DNA from: Pecten maximus
Taxonomy: Eukaryota
Direction of reading: 5' to 3'
Length of the DNA: 64,000 nt
Assembly (NCBI RefSeq): GCF_902652985.1
Contig: NC_047017.1
Coordinates: 1,116,001-1,180,000 of the forward strand
The stretch's first letter is position 1; the number at the start of each line of letters is the position of its first letter. A program made the position numbers and the translations under genes. Positions 51,916 to 64,000 of the stretch are shown piece after piece. Under the pieces are notes generated by a model that was given only the letters and a program-made list of their open reading frames with translations, did not search any database and was not told the origin of the DNA.

Positions 51916-52243
51916 TTTATTACACTGAGATATAAACCAGAGTACAGAACGCTAAAGGTATGGTCCAATGTCACCTGTATCATATTCCACAATATTCACC
52001 ACAACGCCATAAATACCGTTAATACATCGATAAAACATCATATTGCACTCTCATGGAACATGACCGAATGTGTCTGACGAATCTGATTGGCTGAAATTAT
52101 GCGATGTCACAGAACGCACGCACGAGCCTGAAATACGATGGGTTTTTTTTTATCGTTGGCGTATAGTGTAAGTCAATGTTTATTGGAATAACACGTGATC
52201 AGATTTAAACCAATCAGCATCTGATAAAAAATCAAACATGTAA

Positions 52244-52686
52244 CAAACTGGATGTGACAACCTTCTGGGTTGTATATTGACATAAACTGGGCGTATTGAC
52301 CTTCTGGGTTTTTATATTGACAGAAAACTTGGTGTATTGACATTCTGGGTTGTATATTGACATAAACTGGATGTATTGACCTTCTGGGTTGTATATTGAC
52401 AAAAAACTTGGTGTATTGACATTCTGGGTTGTATATTGACATAAACTGGATGTATTGACCTTCTGGGTTGTATATTGACATAAACTGGTTGTATTGACCT
52501 TCTGGGTTATATATTGACATAAACTGGGTGTATTGACCTTCTGGGTTGTATATTGACATAAACTGGTTGTATTGACCTTCTGGGTTTTTATATTGACATA
52601 AACTGGTAGTGTTAACCTTCTGGGTTGTGAATTGACATAAACTGGTTGTATTAACCTTCTGGGTTGTATATTGACCTGAACTGATT
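52244..52686. repeat. 39-bp minisatellite (tattgaccttctgggttgtatattgacataaactggNtg), ~11 copies, internally dimeric
   Basis: Direct periodicity; appears as a 13-aa repeat in the minus-strand ORF. Confidence 0.95.
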
Positions 52687-53544
52687 ATACATTACTTTCT
52701 ATTCTCTCCCAGCTACAAACACAAAGGAGGCGGTCATTTCATGTATCAAAGCCGTTTGCTTTTGCACAAAATATTATGCTTCCTGTTCGTTTTGTTTGAG
52801 AAAATCTCGCGAGAAGTGGCGTGACCTGCTGTGATGTGTCACAGCGGCACTCAAATTACCACAATTGCCGTGCTACACCCGACAATGTTTAATGAACGCG
52901 TGGCGTATTTATTATTTTTTTCTTGCCCTGTTTTGATGGCATTCATGGTTGTTAGAAATTTAGATTTAATGACCAAAGTCAGAAGCTAGCGCAAAAAGAA
53001 CAACAAACAATCTTTGGGTGTTCCAGATTTTTCCCTTCATAAAAAAGAATCAGACGCATTTTACTTTAATAAACATTTGAACTTTGTTAGGAAAATGAAC
53101 AATTTGACATTGAGAGATGGCAGTCGTTTCCGCTATATGACTCGTTTGTAAGTATGTAGATACGGATGATGAAGTTGACTAAACTCGACGTTGAGTGCAT
53201 GTCTAGAGCGCCCCGTAACCTGTACCAATCCATGTTTGTCGTGAAATCTTTCTATTAACGCCAGGAACGCATGCTCTCCATCTCTGATTACTACAAATCC
53301 TTCCTCCGAAAGAAACTAGAAGGCATGCAGCATTGCTACCTTCATAATCTATATATAAAATAATGCTGAACTTTAAAAAAGAACAGATGTCAACAAATTT
53401 CACAAATATGTCATGTAATATACCAAAATATTTCCCTGGTCATATAGTTTGTCAAAATCATCAATAATTTTCTGTAGATGCTGACATTTTCTTCCGTAGA
53501 GTGACTTTGTGTAGGATGTAACATGGAATAATTATAAACACACA

Positions 53545-54033
53545 ATTCACATGTGTCTATAGCACGCGATAGAGGCATTTGTTTAACCGGATTTTACTTT
53601 ATTGGAGGCAGATATAGACACCAATTTTGTTTTGACCTTGAAATGAAAATGGCGATTGTGAATAATATTACATATATAGCATAAAGGGGTGTGTTTTGAT
53701 TAATAAAAATGACCATATTTGATACTATTGAGACACTGGTCATAGCAGGAAGGATGCTTTCAAGAGAAATAGTTATTTTTTTTTTACTGAAATATGCATC
53801 TTTTACCTCTAACTCGGCGGTAAATTAATATGTTCTAAAACAACCCTATTGAGTTCCATATAGTGTCCAATAAAAAACATTTTAATGATGTAAATGCCTC
53901 CTTTTTTGTAGTATTGGTGTGGAATTATTCAAAACAGCCATTGGCATTTCAAGGTCAAAAATAATTAATGTTTATACGGATATACAGTCAAATCTGAACA
54001 AATGTTCCTATGGCGTGCCAGACACTTGTGAGC
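53545..54033. mobile_element. Old foldback/MITE-like element with long imperfect inverted arms
   Basis: ttttgaccttgaaatgaaaatggcgattgtgaataat (~53630-53666) mirrors attattcaaaacagccattggcatttcaaggtcaaaa (~53924-53960); outer arms gtgtctatagcacgcgatag..catttgtt mirror aacaaatgttcctatggcgtgccagacac. Confidence 0.7.
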
Positions 54034-54787
54034 ATAACGGCGTGACTATTTTGTGCAATATATATGGTATACATTAGCTAATTGTGTTCCCATGAAAAAT
54101 GCATTCTTCGCATGTTTTGTCGAAATTTACAAAAGGGCTTATAGCGACTATGATATCTAAAATTACTAGGAGGAAAAGATATGAAACGTGATATTTAGCA
54201 AGAGTTTGTTACAAAACTAAAACTTTCTATTTATTACTAAAATTAAAAGTGACTGCAACAATTCTTGGTTGATGCCTAGAAAATATTATTTATAGAACGA
54301 ACTCTGAGGGCGTAATTTGCACAAATTACAGGTGTCAACAGCAAGGCCCATGGTTAGTAATGATACAATCGTACTTACATATACATAAATGATTAAAAGA
54401 CTCTTTTACAATTAATGCATTGAAACATTATGTTTTTTAATCTAGTATTGAATAATATGAATGATTCACATAATAAAAAAATATATTATACATACAAACT
54501 TAGGTCTCTTACTCTACATATTGAAATTTAGTTTCCCGGGGGTTGAGGAGAGCCGTACAAGCGTCGTCTGCTAATCTCACTCTATCTAGTATCTAGATAC
54601 AATTAACTGGAACATTGCTTTAAAAAACTGATTTTACTATATACTAACAATCGATCAAGTTTCTTCTGTGAAGTTGCACCAAAGAAGTGATTTATAAGCA
54701 TGTAAATATCACTGGATTTGGTATTAAGATGACCTTTGACACTTTTGACTGAACCAAATCTTGACCATATCACTCGTTCGAGTTTCA

Positions 54788-57700
54788 TTAGGATTGTAAA
54801 GACACTTATCTGAGTTAAATTAGGATTGTAAAGACACTTGTCTGAGTTAAATTAGGATTGTGGAGACACTTGTCCGAGATAAATTAGGATTGTGTAGACA
54901 CTTGTCTGAGTTAAATTAGGATTGTGTAGACACTTGGCCGAGTTAAATTAGGATTGTGTAGACACTTGTCCGAGTTAAATTAGGATTGTGTAGAGACTTG
55001 TTTGAGTTAAATTAGGATTGTGTAGACACTTGTCTGAGGTAAATTAGGATTGTGTAGACACTTGTCTGAGTTAAATTAGGATGGTAAAGACACTTGTATG
55101 AGTTAAATTAGGATTGTGTAGACACTTGTCCGAGTTAAATTAGGATTGTGTAGACACTTGTCTGAGTTAAATTAGAGTTAAATTAGATTGTAAAGACACT
55201 TGTCTGAGTTAATTTAGGATTTTGTGTAGACACTTGTTCCTGAGTTAAATTATGATGGTGTAGACACTTGTCCTAGTTAAATTAGGAATTGTGTAGACAC
55301 TTGTCTGAGTTTAAATTAGGATTGTGTAGACACTTGTCGGGTCAATTAGGATGTGTAGACACTTGTCCGAGTTAAATTAGGATTGTGTAGACATTGTCTG
55401 GGTTACATTAGGATTGGTAGACACTTGTTGAGTTAAATTAGGATTGTATCGACCGTGTCTTGGTTTAAATTAGGATGTTTAGACAACTTGTCTGAGTTAA
55501 ATTAGGATGTTTAGAGACACTTGTTTTGAGTTAAATAAGGATTGTGTAGACACTTGTTTGAGTTTAAAATTAGGATCGTGTAGACCTTGTTTGAGTTAAA
55601 TTAGGATTGTGTAACACTTGTCCTTGAGTTAAATTAGGATTGTGTAGACACTTGTCTGAGTTAAATTAGGATTGTGTAGACACTTGTCTGAGTTAAATTA
55701 GGATTGTGTAGACACTTGTCTGAGTTAAATTAGGATTGTGTAGACACTTGTCTGAGTTAAATTAGGATTGTGTAGACACTTGTCTGAGGTAAATTAGGAT
55801 TGTGTAGACACTTGTCTGAGATAAATTAGGATTGTGTAGAGACTTGTCTGAGTTAAATTAGGATTGTGTAGACACTTGTCCGAGTTAAATTAGGATTGTG
55901 TAGACACTTGTCAGAGTTAGATTATGATTGTAAAGACACTTGTACGATTTAAATTAGGATTGTGTGGACACTTGTTTGAGTTAAATTAGGATTGTGTAGA
56001 CACTTGTCAGAGTTAAATTATGATTGTAAAGACACTTGTACGATTTAAATTAGGATTGTGTGGACACTTGTTTGAGTTAAATTAGGATTGTGTAGACACT
56101 TGTCTGAGTTAAATTAGGATTGTGTAGACACTTGTCTGAGTTAGATTAGGATTGTGTAGACACTTGTTTGAGTTAAATTAGGATTGTGTAGACACTTGTC
56201 TGAGGTAAATTAGGATTGTGTAGACACTTGTCTGAGGTAAATTAGGATTGTGTAGACACTTGTTTGAGTTAAATTAGGATTGTGTAGACACTTGTCTGAG
56301 TTAAATTAGGATTGTGTAGACACTTGTCTGAGTTAAATTAGGATTGTGTAGACACTTGTCTGAGATAAATTAGGATTGTGTAGAGACTTGTCCGAGTTAA
56401 ATTAGGATTGTGTAGACACTTGTCCGAGTTAAATTAGGATTGTGTAGACACTTGGCCGAGTTAAATTAGGATTGTGTAGACACTTGGCCGAGTTAAATTA
56501 GGATTGTGTAGACACTTGGCCGAGTTAAATTAGGATTGTGTAGACACTTGTCCGAGTTAAATTAGGATCGTGTAGACACTTGTCCGAGTTAAATTAGGAT
56601 TGTGTAGACACTTGTCTGAGTTAAATTAGGATTGTGTAGACACTTGGCCGAGTTAAATTAGGATGGTAAAGACACTTGTCTGAGTTAAATTAGGATTGTG
56701 TAGACACTTGGCCGAGTTAAATTAGGATGGTAAAGACACTTGTCTGAGTTAAATTAGGATTGTAAAGACACTTGTCTGAGTCAAATTAGGATCGTGTAGA
56801 CACTTGGCCGAGTTAAATTAGGATTGTGTAGAGACTTGTTTGAGTTAAATTAGGATTGTGTAGACACTTGGCCGAGTTAAATTAGGATTGTGTAGACACT
56901 TGGCCGAGTTAAATTAGGATTGTGTAGACACTTGTCCGAGTTAAGTTAGGATTGTGAAGACACTTGTCTGAGTTAAATTAGGATTGTGTAGACACTTGTC
57001 TGAGTTAAATTAGGATTGTGTAGACACTTGTTTGAGTTAAATTAGGATTGTGTAGAGACTTGGCCGAGTTAAATTAGGATTGTGTAGACACTTGTCTGAG
57101 TTAAATTAGGATTGTGTAGACACTTGTTTGAGTTAAATTAGGATTGTGTAGACACTTGTCTGAGTTAAATAGGATTGTGTAGACACTTGTCTGAGTTAAA
57201 TTAGGATTGTGTAGACACTTGTTTGAGTTAAATTAGGATTGTGTAGACACTTGTCTGAGTTAAATTAGGATTGTGTAGACACTTGTCTGAGTTAAATTAG
57301 GATTGTGTAGACACTTGTCTGAGTTAAATAGGATTGTGTAGACACTTGTCTGAGTTAAATTAGGATTGTGTAGACACTTGTCTGAGTTAAATTAGGATTG
57401 TGTAGACACTTGTCTGAGTTAAATTAGGATTGTGTAGACACTTGTCTGAGTTAAATAGGATTGTGTAGACACTTGTCTGAGTTAAATTAGGATTGTGTAG
57501 ACACTTGTCTGAGTTAAATTAGGATTGTAAAGACACTTGTCTGAGTTAAATAGGATTGTGTAGACACTTGTCTGAGTTAAATTAGGATTGTGTAGAGACT
57601 TGTTTGAGTTAAATTAGGATTGTGTAGACACTTGTTTGAGTTAAATTAGGATTGTGTAGACACTTGTCCGAGTTAAATTAGGATTGTGTAGACACTTGTC

Positions 57701-57803
57701 TGAGTTAAATTAGGATTGTGTAGAGACTTGTTTGAGTTAAATTAGGATTGTGTAGACACTTGTCCGAGTTAAATTAGGATTGTGTAGACACTTGTTTGAG
57801 TTA
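54788..57803. repeat. 32-bp minisatellite (attaggattgtgtagacacttgtctgagttaa), ~94 copies
   Basis: Direct periodicity; internal agac-actt-gtct mini-hairpin. Confidence 0.98.
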
Positions 57804-60800
57804 TCCGTAGCGCCGACTCAATCATCTGTAAAAGAACGGTTCTCGGACTGTGTGTTGGTCTGTAAGGCCCAAGGACAATATGTTGATTTGGTAAACAAGA
57901 AACACGTCAGACACATAATTTGGCATTAATTAGAAGACATCACTCAAAAGTCGCAACAAATGACGACGACTCGGCAGTGTAATCAGTGATATCGTTAACC
58001 AAACAAGAAATCGATATCGCCTCATTACCTGTACGGCCCCGAGGAGACTCCATCATCGATACAGCCGTGATTAACATATGTCATTGTATTGTTAGTTAAA
58101 TTTCCTGTGTGTGCGAGTTTTAATATTTAGTCTCTGTGGACAATTTTGATTTGAACCATTGATCTATGACCATTAGAGAAGAGTGATAAGCATAGCGTTT
58201 AATCGGTAATAGTTGTAGCACCTGTTTATCTCTATGATAGTTATTACATTAAAATATGTACACAAATCACTTCAAAAGCCATTATTTCTGAGAGAGAAAA
58301 AAAACACACTTTTACAGTGCATTTTTCTCCTGCTAATGTTAACGGAGATTTCTAACATTGTTGAGTTTGGGAAAATTACATAACAAGTACGAAAAAGAAA
58401 ATATTCAAGAAATCTGCTTATTCCGCTAATCAATCATTTCTCATAAATATATCCTATTTTTAATCACTCCAACTAGATGAATTTATTTAGCATTTTGCAT
58501 TCTTACGCGGCAAAAGTATCAGTTTTTGTAAAATTCTGTTATAAGCCTCTTCCACCTTCATCTGAATTTAGAGGATATCAATGTACTGTCCGCTACATGC
58601 TATAGCTAGGGTGTGTGTGAGGGTGTGTGTGTTGGTGTGTGAGGTAACACAGTGGGCCAGGAAGTACAAATTACTCGACTCATTAAATCCGCACTGTATA
58701 TCACAATCTCAATTAAATATACAGAGAAACTAAGCGTATGGTTAACCCTGATCTAATCCGCGTCTTCAATGATTCCAACCGCCGGTCTGTCGACCGTATC
58801 TGACGATCTACCTGCAGATGTAATCATCTACACCAGAATGTTGTCATGTCTACGTACTCTCACCAACCAAATCTCGTTGACGGCGAGAGCTCTAGACACA
58901 AAATCGAATATACATCTTGGTTATAACAATGGAGAACGGGAAACCAATTTTCACAAGATGAGTCTCCGTCGGTTTACGGTTCTCAAATATATATATTTGT
59001 ACTTAAAAGTGGATATCATTAATTCTGGCAGCGATCCCTGTGATGATTTTCCCACACGTGTATCGGTTACCCTGGCGATGACGACCGTCACTATTATCTT
59101 GGGAGTTTATCGTTTTTGTTCCGTCTGTTTTTACAATTTACTTCATGTTTTTCGCGTGCCGAGACATAGTAATTACAAACATCATGGTACTGTTTACTTT
59201 TCTGATCCTCAATTATCCTAACCCGAAGGACAGAAATGGAACCAGCACTGCCGGAAGTTGCCATCATCACATGTATAATAGCGACTTCCGGTTTAGCGTA
59301 TTTGAACGTGTTTCATTTCATAAATATGTTTCGTTTATAGACCTCTCTTTTCAATACATTCATTTGGTTAAACAATAACGGAACAGTAATTTCTTCCTCT
59401 TTATAAAGTGCGTTTTTAAATGTTATATATCACAACCTGTAATTCAGTTACATGGTGTAAGATTGTTATTCTCGCAGAAACGCAAAACATATTAAAAGAT
59501 GCAATGTATCGATAAAGTCATTTGAATTCTATGTTTGCCAACATTTAAAGATGTCTGTCGCCAAACCCATTATATTCATTATGCCGATGCTCCGTGCCAG
59601 TGATACCAAAATGTGTAGTGAAGTCGTCTGTACCTTCATAAAAATGGAGCTTCTTAGGGTGAACATTGTTTTTTTTTTTAGATCCATATCATTTTAAATA
59701 TCAAGTAGAACGAAAACGTTAATTTTTTTCTACCCTGACGAAGCTGTTACAAATCTACGGAGGGCGCAGTACACTTAACATTATCATAACGACGACTCTA
59801 CTGCTAACATGTATAGACAGAGACATGTAAATGTATGCATAAACAACTATTCTATTTTGATTTTAATTGTTATCAAAATATTCACAGCAAAAGAAATTTC
59901 TAATAAAACAGATTCAGATTGTGAGAAAATTTTGAAATGGTAATGTATTGTCGGTGTATCAGACGAAAACAGTCGAGCAATATACATGTATCAGCAAACC
60001 GGTTTTTAACTTTTTCAGAGGTTGTTTCATATGTTCAATGTGATCTTTTGTTTTCATTATACGAAGTCGTTCCGTCTACCAGGGTATGTTATTTTCATGA
60101 CGGTAATTGTAAAGAGAATTGCAAAAGACATTTTGTCTAGGTGTCTTGTTTCTTTCGATGTATATTTTTCTAAGGAAACATGATTAGCGCGTGGTAGTAT
60201 CGGTTGCTATTCAGCAATCCGTTGTAGACAAATGTCATATCAATTGCTTTAAAGTACGGCAAAATTGATGAGAGGCAGCTTCGTGTAGATTTCATTTTCA
60301 ATTGTCTGGCAACGATTAAAATAGATATATGTATCGTGTTTATTCATTCTAAAGTAAATGTAATGTAATCCTTGGTATCCTACTGCTTACACATCCGATT
60401 CTCAATACGTAATTATCAGTTTTACAGCCAAGTCTTATTATATATACCCACACGCAATACGTGGCTGAATAAAACAGATTACCACAGTGCGATCAAAATA
60501 GTACTTCTCATACAGAACACATAAAACGAGGCGAAATATTGACAGATTTACACAATACTTCAAGTTCTGGTAGACAAACGACAGTTAACGACATCAGCTT
60601 TGTAAACCTTAATCAAATCTAAGAATGTCACGTTATGGAAATAAGAACAAGGGTAGTGACATCAAATTTTACCCTCGATATATTTCATCTTCGTCTTATT
60701 TTAACGACATTATGATTAAGAACAATTCCCTATAGCATGCGTTTGTATCGTGCTTGTTCTTTCTTGGAAAATAAATCTCTCGTAGCAAGAGAAAGAAAGC

Positions 60801-60867
60801 GTATATTAGACGTGTCAGTATACTGAGTCGAACGGTATAATATTCTAATAGAAGATACATTGGTGGG

Positions 60868-61330
60868 TGGTCGGGTGGCGTAGTGGTTACATGCATGTAT
60901 TTTACCTAGGCGGCCGGGGCTTTAATGGAAGACACGTGAAAAGGTACGGGGTCTCCTGCCCGACCACGTGGGTTTTTGTTCAGTACTCCGATTTCCACCC
61001 ACAGCATAACTCCTCGCGCACTTCCACCCAGGTCCACAAGTTGGTTTGGTTTGGTTTGTTTTTTTAACGTCCTATTAACAGCCAGGGTCATTTAAGGACG
61101 TGCCAGGTTTTGGAGGTGGAGGAAAGCCGGAGTACCCGGAGAAAACCACCGGCCTACGGTCAGTACCTGGCAGCTGTCCCACGTAGGTTTCGAACTCGCA
61201 ACCGAGAGGTGGAGGGCTAGTGATAAAGTGTCGGGACACCTTAACCACTCGGCCACCGCGGCCCCCAAAGGTCAGCAAGAATGATTAATATAAGTTGATA
61301 TATTTGTAACTCATTTCGCCATTTTGATAA
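60868..61330 (+). mobile_element. Older, diverged tRNA-derived SINE (V-domain-like) split by the younger SINE
   Basis: A-box tggcgtagtgg (60876-60886), central cgtgggtttttgttcagtactccgatttccacccac, continues after the insertion as caagaatgattaatataagttgata. Confidence 0.6.
61041..61266 (-). mobile_element. Full-length tRNA-derived SINE with V-type central domain and (CCAAA)n tail
   Basis: Minus strand: ggggccgcggTGGCCGAGTGGttaagg (A box), GAGTTCGAAAC (B box), ggttttctccgggtactccggctttcctccacc (V-SINE-like core), tail gacgttaaaaaaacaaaccaaaccaaacc. Confidence 0.93.
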
Positions 61331-64000
61331 ATAGACTAAGCTTACTTTTACATTTAAGAACTTTTTTCAGCGGCGGATGTTCAAGCCCGAGGAAACGAAA
61401 GTACATGTTGTCCCCTATCGCCTATGTAGATCACCAACTGAAGTATGAGCAGAAGAACTGGATCCATTTACTGTTTTTGTTTTTGAGAATAGCGATTGAT
61501 ATAGACAATCTCGTTCCTCCTATTGGAGATTAAATGCAATCATTAAGTTTTATACGAAATAAATATCGGTTTATATGATACCTGATTTCATCTTTTGCGG
61601 TATTAAATTGTGATTGTTTTGTTTCATATTTCAGTATTATTCCCACCAATAACGTCCATCCCTTGAGTAAAAAGTCTACCAGCGCACTACAAATTCCACA
61701 TGTATGAAGACGGTAACCTATGACGCAGTATTTCCGTACAAGTTATGATACTACTTAACATAATATAAATACAAAGTAATCAACGAGAAAATAAGCGATG
61801 AACAAAAGTTATAGATGCTTATCTGTAGTCAGAGTATTTCAAACATTTAATGGGTAATTTTGGGAAAAGCAATCGGGAACGATGATCTACATAAAAGACT
61901 ATTACGACGCCTGTTTCGTTGGCTACTCTCAATAGCTAGCACGTGAGGAATGGCTATCGGATCGTGATGCGTTTCGGTCCTCTCTGGGCTACTTCCGTTA
62001 TTATGACCAATTGCGAGCATCAAATCTGGAAACGCGAAGATTCGTTTAACACAGAATGATGTTAGATCATTGTTTTGTGAAGTAATGATAAATTGCTATG
62101 TGAGAATAACCTGTCAGCTCTTGATAAGCTGCTGGTTGTTACACTTGGAAAATGGTTCAATATTTTGCCTATTTTGTCTTCTGGGAATGAAAGACTGTGA
62201 TTCCCAACCCAAACCAATTACGCAATACAAATTCAAAAATAACATTGCTGCAAAATTTAAAGACATGTTGGGGTTTTTTTCAACTAAGATTGCGGACGAT
62301 TTGAGATCGATATGACATGGGCTTGTGATAAATTGATGATTTACGGATAGCTGGCTTCAGTTATGTTGGACAATCTAATCTTGGCATGCTCAAATGGATG
62401 TCATGCAGTCATCCATTAGCTATCGATGAGTGTATACCTTGACGAATAGCCAGTCCCGGAAACAGATAATCACAGCGGTCATTCTGTTTGGATACTGTCT
62501 TTGTATGGTTTTTATGTTTAGATAATAGAGAGTGTTTTAGGTGTTTAAAAGTTAAAATGAATCATATATTTTTCCGATTGTTTACGAAGCTGTATCCTCT
62601 GTGACACATTTTGTGAGGAAACAACTACTTTTGACATCACCATCTGTAAAACGCAATTTTTCTCGTTTTTAAATACAAATATTTATTAGTTTATTTAGAG
62701 TTCTTGTGCGGAAATGATTTCCAGTTCCGTTTCAAACAGTTGGAATCTAATAGGCTGTTAAATGACGTGCATTTTTGGTTCTTTGATATCTTCTTCACTT
62801 TGATACCAATCCTTCCTGGTCTATCACGTTTGGGGAGTCGGTTAACTTGTGACTTTGTTTTATTTCATTGTTTCAGCAATTTCAAACAAATTGCATAAAA
62901 TGTTATCCATGTTTAATCAAAACACGACATAATGTGTTCGGTCAAATTGAAACATGGTCTCCTTTGATGATAAATGGCGCGCGCTATCCTTTCTGATCGC
63001 TTGAAGCTTTAAATCAACCTTGATTTAATAGAAGTGAACATTCGATTGCGAAATGGGCAAAAATGGACACATATACTAGCTGGTAATGGCCAGTTTGATG
63101 GTGGTTTGTGGATTATGAGATATCTTTAAGTAACCAACGAATTTTGTCACCGCGTGCGCAAGTGAAGACTGTTTCTGGAGTGGGTAGGCTCACGGCGTTT
63201 ACTCACAGACAATCCGCTGACGAACTTGGTAATGCGCTTTTCTTACAACTTTCTAGCCACTAAATCAGTTACACAATACCACCTAGGACTTATCCGTGTC
63301 CAGTTCATGGAGTGTCAATAGTTTGTAGCTGACACTGACGAAGGAGCTATGCACGTGCCCACGTGTTATGCGGTGTATACTCTGCCCTTCTCGCACGTAC
63401 ATGAACACGCCTAGCTAAAATGCATGCTATCGTTAAGATATCTGGTGTTGGATATTATATACGACCATGTTTAATCCCCGACGTTTTGTTTTAATCATTC
63501 AGTAAACATAAATTGACAATCTTTAACTCATAATCAGCGATTATGGTCAACCAATACATAACACTGTGACGCTTTGGGGAGGAAATAGAGATATTTGGGA
63601 CTTGCACTGACTATAAATGCCACGCATTACTTTGTGTAAAATGCATATCGGAATTTATTTTACCGAATTATGGTTGGATGACGTGTTCACATCGGTCTCT
63701 CAGTACACATTTCAATTAGTGAAATTTACACCTTCAAAATCTACAATTATAGGTACACATAGTATATATATATATATTAATCACTAATATACTATAATAT
63801 CCTGTACATTTTACAACAGAATATTTAGTACGAAATACGAATAAAAAAACCAACACTACAGAACAAAACAAAAAAATATGTCACGACAAATTTTATAGTA
63901 ATGCTCTATAAAATACGCATTTTCCCACTTACTTGAGAATTTCGGTCCAAAAACCAGAAATACAATTTGGCATTCCCTTTCCGTCACCTCATAGCACGTG

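Noticed and set aside
61190-61266. tRNA gene
   Set aside because: A/B boxes belong to a SINE head continuing into the central domain and tail; no complete cloverleaf

Overview
AT-rich eukaryotic genomic DNA, probably intronic or intergenic. The SINE, LINE and Penelope-like repertoire suggests a bivalve mollusc (inference). I find no supportable intact host gene, and all long ORFs in the track come from tandem repeats, the N-gap or transposon relics. Roughly a quarter of the window is about 15 unrelated minisatellite arrays (units 17-66 bp). The rest holds decayed mobile elements: two mariner (DD34D) relics, a ~5 kb two-ORF non-LTR retrotransposon (RTE-X-like) on the minus strand, CR1-, RTE-X-, Tx1- and Penelope-like RT fragments, tRNA-derived V-domain-type SINEs (one nested in the LINE with a perfect 14-bp TSD, one nested in an older SINE), and several long hairpin/foldback elements. 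The most interesting signal is RNA-structural. There is an apparently intact minimal type I hammerhead ribozyme at 47999-48041 (+), and a 49-bp tandem array at 15704-15920 (-) whose unit is a complete minimal hammerhead. A few other minisatellite units look like eroded hammerhead motifs, but that is speculative.
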